Shown here: in pieces, positions 47,101-54,214 of the stretch
How positions within the stretch are numbered: the first letter of the stretch is position 1
Layout: every line of letters starts with the position of its first letter
Assembly (NCBI GenBank): GCA_964291495.2
Contig: OZ219872.1
Location: 224,001 to 288,000, forward strand
DNA length: 64,000 nt
Direction: 5' to 3'
From: Dehalococcoidia bacterium
GTDB taxonomy: Bacteria; Chloroflexota; Dehalococcoidia; UBA2979
Notes under the pieces: model-generated
The model's database searches: none
The model's input: the letters and a program-made list of their open reading frames with translations, nothing else
Told to the model about the DNA's origin: nothing
Translations under genes and position numbers: made by a program

Positions 47101-50100
47101 GCGTGGGAGCGTCGCCCCAGCGAAGCGTGAGGAAGAGACCGGTGTTGCTCGGCGCTGCGAGCCGCGGCGGCCGGTTGGCCCGGCCTTCCCCGATGTCCGA
47201 CCAGGGGCCGGGGCCCTCCTTGCTCGTGAGGGCGCGCACCTGCGCCTCGTAGGTCGTCCCCGCCGTCAGGTCCGGCAGGTTGATGCTGGTCGGCGTCGCG
47301 GGCAGGGTCGTGGTTGGATTGTCGTCGGAGCCGGTAACGGTGTAGTCCGTCCAGGCGTTGGCGGTCTCGCCCTCGGCGACCTTCACGCGGTACCGGGCGT
47401 TGTAGCCGGTGATGGTCGTGCCGTTGGCGGGGGCGGCGGTCCACGTCACATCGAGCGCGGGATCCGAGGGCTCACTGAAGCGCGTGCGCGTCACGGTCGG
47501 CGTGCCGGGCTTCCCCGCCTCGAGGTCGGTGACGTTGATGGTGATGTAGATGGCGGCCTTGTACTCCGTGCCGGGTACGGTGTACTCCGTCCTGCCGCTG
47601 TAGGAGCTCTTCGTCTCGTAGTCCGGGGAGACACGTGTCCGGATCAAGCCACCCGACCTGACCTGGAAGTCCCTGAGGTACTCGGCGTCGCCGTGCTGCG
47701 TGTGCTGGGGAATCTGTCCGTTGACCCGCCTTCCACGCACGACTCGAAGCGCGGCCCCGCTAGCGAGGTTCTCGGGAACGTCGATGGTGACGATCCGCTC
47801 CCAGCGGACCAGCCAGGTGTACGACGCCGAGCCTCCGTAGCCGTCGTGGGACGTGAAGGTGATCCCGGCGTCCTCCTTGAGGGGGTGGTAGAAGCGTACC
47901 GTCAGCCCGGGCTCGGGCCCGTTTCCGTCGTCGAATGTGGCTTCCTCGACCGTGACCCACGGGGCCCGGTTCGAGGTGGCCGTGAACGTCAGAGCGTCGC
48001 CATCCGGCTCATGGCTGCTCGCTGCCAGCCACGTGTCATGGATGTCGTGATAGGCGCCAGCCCTGGTGTCTGTGATCAAGTGCACAGGCTGGTTCACGAG
48101 CACGCGGTGGAAGGAGGGCGGCCGGTTGGCCCGGCCTTCCCCGATGTCCGACCAGGGGCCGGGGCCCTCCTTGCTCGTGAGCGCGCGCACCTGCGCCTCG
48201 TAGGTCGTCCCCGCCGTCAGGTCCGGCAGGTTGATGCTTCTCGTGCTCGCGGACAGCGTCCTGGTCTGGGCGCCATTGCCGTCGTCTACGGTGTAGTCCG
48301 TCCATGCGTTGGCGGTGTCGCCCTCGGCGACCTTCACGCGGTACTGGACCTCGTAGCCCGTGATGGTCGTGCCGTTGGCGGGGGCGGCCGTCCACGCGAC
48401 GTCCAGCGCCGGGTCCGTCGGCTCGCTGAACCGCGTGCGGGTCACGGTCGGCGTGCCGGGCTTGCCCGCCTCGAGGTCGATCAGGTTGACCGTGACGTCG
48501 ATGGCGCTGGCGATGCCTCCGACGGTGTACTCCACCTTGCCGGTGTAGGAGCTCTTGGTCTCGTAATCGAGCACGGCCCCGCTCTTCACCCGGATCCGGC
48601 CGCGCGGCTTGATGTAGAAGTGGCCGGAGGTCGCCAGTTCCCCCGTCAGGGTGTAGCGCAGCGTCTCCCGGTTGTAGGGGCGCCCCTGCACCCGGTCTCC
48701 GAGCATGGTCTCGCCCGCCGCGTTCTCGGCGATGGTACGGGTCTCGTTTGCGGTGACCGTGAAAGCATGACCTTGATCGCCGCTGACTCCGCCGTAGGGG
48801 TCTTGCGCCCTGTACGTCAGGCTGCTCTCTCCGGCATTGTGCGCCGCCACCACCAGGTGGACCCCCTCTGTCCATGCGTCGGCCAGGGCCGGATGCGCCG
48901 GGGTCGCCGAATACGTGAGTGTGTCTCCGTCGGCGTCTGAGAAGTGCGCCTCGATCGTCTCGTTGACGAGTAGCCAGGAGACCTTGTACGGGTAAGCGAC
49001 ATCGACGTAGAAGACCCCCGTGGTGGTCGGCGGCCGGTTGGCCCGGCCTTCCCCGATGTCCGACCAGGGACCCGTGCCCTCGTCGCTGCTCACCGCCCGC
49101 ACCTGCGCCTCGTAGACGGCGCCGGCCTCGAGGCTTGCGAGATTGAAGGTCGTCGCCGTCGCGCCGAGCGTGCCGCTGTAGTCGGTCCACTGGTTGGCCT
49201 CTTCGCCCTCGGCGACCTTCTTGCGGTGCCGCGCCTCGTAGCCGGTGATGGTCGTGCCGTTGGCGGCGCCGGCCCAGGTCACATCCAGCGCCGGGTCCGT
49301 CGGCCCGCTGAACTCCGTGCGGGTCAGCGTGGGCGCGCTCGCGACGACGGGCGCCACGTCGGTCACGAGGATGCTGACATTGATGACCGCGGCGTGGCCG
49401 TCGACCGTGTAGTGCACCTCGCCGCGGTAGAACTTGGCGATCAGCTGGCCCTCGAAGGTCTCTGTCTCGCGGTGCGCGTCGTCGGTCTCGTAGTCGAGCG
49501 TCGCGCCCTGCGCGAGGCTGATCTGGCCGCTGGCGGAGTCGATGACGAACTTCCCGGAGTCGGCCGCATTGCCTGCGAGCGTGTAGCCCAGCGCGTCGTC
49601 GGTCTGATCGTCCCCGTCGTCGTACGGCGTCCCGGTGACCGGCGCGCCCACGGCCGTGCCCGCGGCGGAGTTCTCCGCGATGCTGCGGCTCGTCTTCGCG
49701 GTGACCGTGATGGTCGCGGTGCGCGTGACCTGCCCGCCGAAGGCGTCCGTGGCCGTGAAGGTGATCGTCGAGGCGCCCTGGTTGAGCAGGGTCGCCGTCA
49801 GCGTGGCGCTCCCGGCCGCGCCGGACAGGCTGACCCCGAGCAGGGCGGGGTGCTGCGAGGAGGCCGTGTAGGTCAGCGTGTCGCCGTCGGCGTCCGCGAA
49901 GAACGGCCCCAGCGCGCCCTGCCCGGTCTCGGCGTAGGTACGGATGGTCCCGACCGGGAACGTCCCGCCGTTGAAGGCTGCGCTCGTCGCGGTCGGCGGC
50001 CGGTTGGCCCGCCCCGACCCGGTGTCCGACCATTCGCCCAGACCCTGCTCATTCGTGCCGGTGACCACCTGCACCTCGTAGGTCGCGCCGGCCTCGAGGT

Positions 50101-50932
50101 CGGTCAGCCTGTGGCTGGCGGTCTCGATGACCGTGCTGTCCTCGGTCCACTCGGTGACACCCTGCTTGCGGTACCGCAGCTTGTACCAGCTGATGGTGAG
50201 ACCGAGGTCATCCGGGTTCGTCCAGCTCACGTCCAGCGCGGGGTTCATCGGGGCATCGGACCGGGTGCGGGTGACGGTGAGGCTGCCGACACGCGGCTTG
50301 ACGACCGTCTGCTTTGCCGTCACCGGGGCCGCCTCCACGGTGACGGCGATGGCGAACGAGGCCTGGTCGCCGTCCTCGTCCGTGGCGCTGTAGGTCAGCG
50401 AGAACTCGCCGGCCTCGGACGGCGTGCCGCCGAGGGCGCGGGTCGCCGCGTCGAAGGTCATGCCCGCGGGCAGGCCCGTCAGGCTGTAGGTCAGCGTGCC
50501 GTCGCCGCCCTCGGCTGCGGGCAGCGTGACCGCGGTGGCTTCCTCGCCTTCGTCGAATGACAGGCCGCTGATGGCGGCGGAGAAGGACGGCACCAGGTTG
50601 GTCTCGGGCGTGGGCTCGGGAGTCGGCTCCGGCGTCGCGGTGGCCTCGGGGGTCGGCTCCGGCGTCGGGGTGGCCTCGGGGGTCGGCTCGGGAGTCGGCT
50701 CCGGCGTCGGGGTGGCCTCGGGGGTCGGCTCTGGTGTGGGCTCCGGCGTCGGCTCCGGCGTGGGTGCCGGTGTCGGCTCCGGCGTGGGCGTCGACTTCTC
50801 GACGGGCTCGAGGTTCGTCTCCTGCGCCACGACCGGCGCCGGGGAGAGCGCGGTCGCGAGCGCAGCCAGCACCAGGGCGATCATCGCCCCAGTGAGGACG
50901 AGTGTTCTCAGTCGGCCTGCGCCACTGATCAT
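41150..50932 (-). CDS. Giant surface protein/adhesin (3260 aa): signal peptide, TPEP repeats, putative Ig, about 10 Fn3, about 10 cadherin-like and 7 Ig-like domains, Pro-rich stalk, C-terminal TM anchor
   Basis: Fn3 motifs LDV.W..P, Y.VQVRA, G.WS; cadherin motifs ENS..G..VG.P and LDYET; D.DGD.LTY; C-terminal hydrophobic segment followed by RRRRK. Confidence 0.92.
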   Translation of the reverse strand: MISGAGRLRTLVLTGAMIALVLAALATALSPAPVVAQETNLEPVEKSTPTPEPTPAPTPEPTPEPTPEPTPEATPTPEPTPEPTPEATPTPEPTPEATATPEPTPEPTPETNLVPSFSAAISGLSFDEGEEATAVTLPAAEGGDGTLTYSLTGLPAGMTFDAATRALGGTPSEAGEFSLTYSATDEDGDQASFAIAVTVEAAPVTAKQTVVKPRVGSLTVTRTRSDAPMNPALDVSWTNPDDLGLTISWYKLRYRKQGVTEWTEDSTVIETASHRLTDLEAGATYEVQVVTGTNEQGLGEWSDTGSGRANRPPTATSAAFNGGTFPVGTIRTYAETGQGALGPFFADADGDTLTYTASSQHPALLGVSLSGAAGSATLTATLLNQGASTITFTATDAFGGQVTRTATITVTAKTSRSIAENSAAGTAVGAPVTGTPYDDGDDQTDDALGYTLAGNAADSGKFVIDSASGQISLAQGATLDYETDDAHRETETFEGQLIAKFYRGEVHYTVDGHAAVINVSILVTDVAPVVASAPTLTRTEFSGPTDPALDVTWAGAANGTTITGYEARHRKKVAEGEEANQWTDYSGTLGATATTFNLASLEAGAVYEAQVRAVSSDEGTGPWSDIGEGRANRPPTTTGVFYVDVAYPYKVSWLLVNETIEAHFSDADGDTLTYSATPAHPALADAWTEGVHLVVAAHNAGESSLTYRAQDPYGGVSGDQGHAFTVTANETRTIAENAAGETMLGDRVQGRPYNRETLRYTLTGELATSGHFYIKPRGRIRVKSGAVLDYETKSSYTGKVEYTVGGIASAIDVTVNLIDLEAGKPGTPTVTRTRFSEPTDPALDVAWTAAPANGTTITGYEVQYRVKVAEGDTANAWTDYTVDDGNGAQTRTLSASTRSINLPDLTAGTTYEAQVRALTSKEGPGPWSDIGEGRANRPPSFHRVLVNQPVHLITDTRAGAYHDIHDTWLAASSHEPDGDALTFTATSNRAPWVTVEEATFDDGNGPEPGLTVRFYHPLKEDAGITFTSHDGYGGSASYTWLVRWERIVTIDVPENLASGAALRVVRGRRVNGQIPQHTQHGDAEYLRDFQVRSGGLIRTRVSPDYETKSSYSGRTEYTVPGTEYKAAIYITINVTDLEAGKPGTPTVTRTRFSEPSDPALDVTWTAAPANGTTITGYNARYRVKVAEGETANAWTDYTVTGSDDNPTTTLPATPTSINLPDLTAGTTYEAQVRALTSKEGPGPWSDIGEGRANRPPRLAAPSNTGLFLTLRWGDAPTLRAISGDFLDDDSDTLTYSASAAHAGVLGVSIEGSDPTNLKMEVLNPATTTVTYGVSDGYGGYVSTNLDVAGVATRLTGSELTRDINENSPAGAAVGDPVTGTPYANETFSYTLTGAATSAFVIDSSSGQISVKQGATLDYETTASYHGSVTWSVQGREAEAEVTINVVDLEAGKPVTPTVSRTRFEEESDPALDVTWTAPDANSTTITGYEARYRVKVAEGETAHTWADYTVEGSDGNPTKTLPATTTSFNLPDLAAGKVYEAQVRALTSKEGPGPWSDIGEGRANRPPHHAVHHGGTTYYYLVNNNQPVGELWVGWPIEIYFADPDGDSLSWAVSSQYPGIGDVGEFQWKERPAEYPFLADEPTLRWTFLFYNPGTLELTYGVHDGYGGYTHRKFSWTGKQAETRDIAENSAAGTAVGDPVTGTPYDDGDDETDDALTYTLTGEAATSGAFVIDSATGQISIQEDANLDYETKNSYTGSVTWTVQGQTATADLTINVTDVEAGKPDAPTLTRTEFSQQSTPALDVAWAAPEANGLTISGYNAQYRKKVAEGDTANDWTDYTITDANDQQTTELPATTTSITLPDLEAGATYEVQVRALTSEEGEGPWSDIGEGTANRPPTAGTSPLAAATAAWNQSTDYDIGDKFSDADGDTLTYSASSEYPGVLTAAITGGDADTLTVTVINPAASTVTYGVSDGYGGYASLTVEITGARSVTRSVLENAAAGTAVGDPVTGTPHGTETLSYTLSGEAATSGAFVIDSATGQISVKQGATLDRETKSSYTGKVHWTVQGQAAVANLTINVSDTNAVIASAPTLTRTTFSEPSNPALDVTWTAAEANGTTVTGYEAQYRKQVAAGEDPAEWTAYTYTDSNDVETTVLSASTLTVNLPNLEAGATYEVQVRAVSSEEGVGPWSDTGSRQANRPPAASALSLSAATLAWKSSADYDVSDKFEDADGDTLTYSASAAYPGVLTTAITGSDSDTLRVTVLNPAAAAVTYAASDAYGGYLARTVTITGTASVIRSIAENSAAGTAAGDAVAGTPHGTGTLSYTLSGEAATSGAFEIDSATGQISVKQGASLDYETKTSYSGTVTWTVQGQQATASLTVNVTNVTGPETPAAPSAEAGADAPATSLDVSWTAPDDLGSAITGYRVRYRTAGPTEWTEHTVSGTATKTTIESLEAATIYKVQVLAINAEGESDWSVSGTGVTGPVQLDAEREVPEDAQPGAPVGDPVTATDPDGHTLTYTVVADISGASGNSGRSLQQTSHFVIDPVTGQIRVAPGAHLDYETAHSHELTVRATHTVDDLPDGHIVNALITVTITVTDVQELVLSPTPPTPPTPALELDPASREVAENAPGATPVGAPVAARGGNGDPLTYSLSGSGAFTIDSASGQIRVATGAVLDYESTQSHTVTVNVTDGAANATADVTITVTDVDEPPARPDAPAVSPSPDAPQTALDVSWTAPASTGPALTGYDLRYREHGEQAWSAHAVTGTATSATIPDLEPGATYEVQVAASNDEGTSAWSDSGTGSTDAENEGDAPGPLSAVRAVAENAPAGTAVGAPIDVPAPDGTALTYSLAGSGDLTIDSATGQIRVASGAVLDHESTQSFSVTVTVAGGASSDVTVTVTIRVTDIDEAPPRPDAPAVVLSSASPASELDVTWVEPDMTGKPPLTSYDIAYREADGADWTEWSLDASRTSTTITGLHADTAYHVRVRARNDEGVSPWSDDGEGSTAGRTLPGGQEPPGPTPPGDPTPPEDSTPPGPTTPTPPGGEEPPEPTSPEDPTLPGPTTPTPPGTPGGPDTPLGPGGPVAPGPGGPRTAPGPDGPGAPTTPDPDGEPAPSGGDEAGQPAAAVGSAVGANAPAAPRTVAEGALSTPRGGLLARLEQVGRTRAAAAGAGALLLAALLAGLHALLGGLTKPLGLGTAYLIPLLVPARRRRKERADEENLGTRTVDPFPSRVDSVSRGSIRLGASRLRHNRRSHAR
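50601..50790 (-). repeat. Tandem coding repeat (TPEP/TPEA linker)
   Basis: Repeated units such as GGCGTCGGCTCC encoding PTPEPTPE. Confidence 0.85.
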
Positions 50933-51368
50933 CTATCAGCTATCCCCACGGAACCAGGGAGTCCGGGTTGTCCCGCGGCCAGAAGGCGTCGCTGCACCGC
51001 GTGCGGCGGCGTGGCGAACGCCTCGAGGACGCGCGGCTATGCCGGCATCACGGACGCGCGGCTACAGCGCGAGCGCCGGGCGTGCGGGTTGGCCCCAGGG
51101 GACGGCGTGGAAGACCCAGTGCGGGAGGCGTATAGTGCGTTCCGCGAGGGTTCCTGATGCGGATTCGAAGTAACGGTCGGCCGCATCGGAGCCATGCAAC
51201 TCGGGGCCCGGCCCCTCGGGGGTCGGGCCTCTACATATGCCCGCCGCTTCCACCAATCGCCGGACGCTGCGCGGGGGTACGCGGTGCCTCCGCGAAACCC
51301 GTCCCGGTCGATGCGCCATCACCATGCTGGACTCCCTTTCGTGGTTGTCCGCCTCAGTCGTTGCGAGG

Positions 51369-51397
51369 ACATTAGTTGATCTCTCTATCATTGTCAA
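51369..51397 (-). promoter_or_regulatory. Sigma70-type promoter facing the adhesin gene
   Basis: Minus strand TTGACA-17 nt-TAATGT in an AT-rich patch. Confidence 0.6.
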
Positions 51398-51422
51398 GCA
51401 CATCTATTGTGCCAGACGATCG

Positions 51423-51451
51423 TTGACGTACGACTCTGTTGCTGCCAGAAT
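51423..51451 (+). promoter_or_regulatory. Sigma70-type promoter facing the marR genes
   Basis: TTGACG-17 nt-CAGAAT with an extended TG. Confidence 0.55.
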
Positions 51452-51827
51452 CTGAAGGCGGACGGGAGCTACGCGGTGCCGCCACCGCGTCCGGACGGGA
51501 CCAAGGAGCGGGCCGTTGCGTCGCACAGCCGACCCGCGGTGCAGCGAGCGGGGATCCGGAGTTGAGCCGATCCCCAAAAGGTCAAGTCACCATTGCGTTT
51601 ATCCGGCCCGGGACGCAGCCGCTGAAGAGGCGGCTTGCAGGAACAGGCGGACGAAGGCGCGCCCGGTTGCCGTCGGCCCCTCGCAGGGGTGGTGACCCTA
51701 GCAGTGAGTTTGGCTAGCCTGCGTCACACGAGCCGGCGAGGCCCTGAGGAGCCAGCGACACGGCCCTCTACGCCGCGGACGCGCTCCATCGCATCACCCG
51801 GGGCAGCACAGCGGAGGGGGCAGTGAC

Positions 51828-52328
51828 ATGCATAGCGACATGCATAGCGAGGCCCGCGGTGAAGGGGGCGGAGGCGGGCGCGCGCGGCTCGGACCAGCCG
51901 AGTTGGACCTCGGGGCGTTCGTCACCGGCGTAGTGGGCGCCGTCACCTGGACCGTACGCGATGAGCTCGAGCCCGACGGCATCAACTCGATCGAGTACGC
52001 GATCCTGAGGGCCCTGCAGTACAGCGAGACGAGCACGGCCACGCAGCTGGGGCACCTGCTGCCCGTCGACCCATCGCGTATCAGCCGGGCGGTGAACGGC
52101 CTGGTGAGCAGCAGACTGGTGCGCCGGCGGCGCCAGCGCAGCGACCGGCGCGTCGTGACGCTCGAGATGACGGATGAGGGGGCGGAGCGGATCCGCGATC
52201 TCAGTCAGCGCCTGCAGCGTCGCTACGACGAGTTGCTGGAGGGTGTGAGCCCGGAGGACGTTCGAATCTTCATGGCAACCGGCAGGACGATCATGGAGAA
52301 CCGTGCCGCGGCGCAAGGCCGGGAGTGA
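51828..52328 (+). CDS. MarR family transcriptional regulator
   Basis: TATQL...LPVD.SRISR.V..LV...LVRR.R..SDRRVV.L..T.EG pattern. Confidence 0.9.
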   Translation: MHSDMHSEARGEGGGGGRARLGPAELDLGAFVTGVVGAVTWTVRDELEPDGINSIEYAILRALQYSETSTATQLGHLLPVDPSRISRAVNGLVSSRLVRRRRQRSDRRVVTLEMTDEGAERIRDLSQRLQRRYDELLEGVSPEDVRIFMATGRTIMENRAAAQGRE

Positions 52329-52512
52329 CTCTCGGGACATCGCCCCTCACCCGGCGCTGCGGCTGCGACCCGCCCCGGCGTGACGTTCACGTCGTCGCCG
52401 CATGGGGCAGCCCTCCCGGGCTACGCCCCCCATCGCCGGCCACATCCCCGCCGGCCCGCCGAGGCACGAGGCGCCCCGCCAGGGCGTTCTATCGATTAGA
52501 GTCAGTGGAGGA

Positions 52513-52989
52513 ATGACGAACCCGCAGTCGCAAGCCGATCCCGACCGCCGGACCGAAGAGCCTCCAGCCGACCTGGAGGAGTGCGTGGCCGGCCTTGTCA
52601 ACGCGGTCGACAAGGGAATGGCCAATGAGGTCGCCCCCTACGGCCTCACCTCCATGGAATTCAGCCTGCTCAGGCACTGCCTCGAGGAGGAATGCACGGC
52701 TACACACCTCGCGCAGGTGCTGCCCGTCGACGGATCGCGCGTGAGCCGCCTCGTCACCGGGCTGGTCGAGAAGGGCCTGCTGCGCAGGCGGCGCCTGCGC
52801 AGTGACCGGCGCATCGTGATGCTCCGACTGTCCGACGAGGGTCGGGAACTGACGTCCGACATCGTGGAGAAGATGAAGCTCTACGACGCGATGCTCACCG
52901 AGGGCATTGACGAGGAGGAGATGCGCGTCTTCGTGTCCGTCTCTGCCCGGATCGTCGCCAACCATGCCGCCATGCAGGAGTCCGGGTAG
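52513..52989 (+). CDS. MarR family transcriptional regulator (paralog)
   Basis: TATHL..VLPVD.SRVSRLV..LV.KGL..R..SDRR pattern; GGAGG before ATG. Confidence 0.9.
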   Translation: MTNPQSQADPDRRTEEPPADLEECVAGLVNAVDKGMANEVAPYGLTSMEFSLLRHCLEEECTATHLAQVLPVDGSRVSRLVTGLVEKGLLRRRRLRSDRRIVMLRLSDEGRELTSDIVEKMKLYDAMLTEGIDEEEMRVFVSVSARIVANHAAMQESG

Positions 52990-53085
52990 CCTGCCCCGCT
53001 TGCGCGACGACGCGCAGCTCCCGAGGGCCAAGAAACCAGTCAGGGCAACGGATCGCCGGGCTCGAGGCCCGGCTCGGCGTGCCGG

Positions 53086-53916
53086 TTAGGGCTTGCCGGC
53101 CACGGCTTCGCCGAACGCGAGCCCGCACCACGCGCCGGGATGGACCCGCCACCTGTCGTAGGCGTCGCGTATCGCGTCGCAGAGCGCCTGGGTCGCGGCA
53201 CCGTACTTGATGGCCGCATCGGTGATCTCCGGGGAGAGGAACCACTGGTTGGCGAATTCGTAGATGAACTCGACGTCCGCCGGGGCGCTGTAGACATCGA
53301 ACGACGCAGTCGTCCGGATGTTCGTGAACCCGGCCGCATCGAGGTGGATCGGGACGTCCCTGCCAATCTGCGGATGGCCGTCGTCGGCTGCCAGCAGGTC
53401 CTCGAACATATCCCAGGCCTGCCGGATCACGCCGAAGTCGGGGTGCGTGAAGCAGGATCCGCAGATCATCTCCCGGCAGCCAATGACGCCCCCGGGCTTG
53501 AGGACGCGCTTCACCTCGGCCAGCACCGCGGCCGTTTCCGGTATGTGCATGAGCACGTTGTGGCAGTGGGCGACGTCAAAGAAGTCATCCTCGAACGGCA
53601 GATCGGTCACGTCGCCGACCTGGAAAGTGACGTTGTCCTGTCCGCTCGCCAGCGCGACGGCCCTTGCCAGCTCGATCTGGGACTCTTCCATGTCCACGCC
53701 ATGCAGCTCGCCGGGCTCCACGGCCCTGGCCAGCCCCACCGATATCGTGCCCGGTCCGCAGCCGAAATCGAGCACGCGGAGGCCCGGCCTGAGGTACGGG
53801 AGCAGGTATGCCGCGCTGTCCTCGGCCCTGTATCGCCGCAGAGACTCCAGCATCTCGTCGCTGAAGCCCATCGTGTAGTCGGGGGTCGAGGTTCGCTGCT
53901 TCTCATCGACGGACAT
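53086..53916 (-). CDS. Class I SAM-dependent methyltransferase (UbiE-like)
   Basis: VLDFGCGPG, LPFEDD.FD and RVLKPGG motifs. Confidence 0.9.
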   Translation of the reverse strand: MSVDEKQRTSTPDYTMGFSDEMLESLRRYRAEDSAAYLLPYLRPGLRVLDFGCGPGTISVGLARAVEPGELHGVDMEESQIELARAVALASGQDNVTFQVGDVTDLPFEDDFFDVAHCHNVLMHIPETAAVLAEVKRVLKPGGVIGCREMICGSCFTHPDFGVIRQAWDMFEDLLAADDGHPQIGRDVPIHLDAAGFTNIRTTASFDVYSAPADVEFIYEFANQWFLSPEITDAAIKYGAATQALCDAIRDAYDRWRVHPGAWCGLAFGEAVAGKP

Positions 53917-54214
53917 TCGCTTGACGGCCTCTCCTGCCACGGGGGCGATCGCATCGAATAGCAACTCGCGCGTAGCAACGCTCCGCCGGCTCGCCGGCGG
54001 ACATCGCAACACCCGAGAGGAGCGAGAGTGCCACCGCCGCGCGGACGTTGTCCATATGAAAGGTGTGTGACGCACGCCCTTGCGCATATCAATCCTTGTA
54101 TGTTCCAGCTCCCAAGGGCGTTTGCGTTGATGCTTCCCGCACATCCCGATAGGGTTGCGAGGCGGATACGCAGACCCGGTATCAGTGGCGTACCCCCGAG
54201 GATTGAGGGCAACG

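Noticed and set aside
44741-48940. 1399-aa plus-strand ORF and many other long overlapping ORFs (e.g. 144-1793, 5441-7891, 29125-30744)
   Set aside because: Antisense or shifted-frame shadows of real genes, expected at this GC content; Arg/Ala/Gly-rich with no motifs.
41150-50932. Diversity-generating retroelement acting on the adhesin
   Set aside because: No reverse transcriptase or template repeat is in the window, and variation includes indels and whole-domain divergence rather than adenine-only substitutions.
51452-51827. Riboswitch in the marR leader
   Set aside because: Several GC hairpins are possible, but I could not match any known riboswitch consensus by eye.
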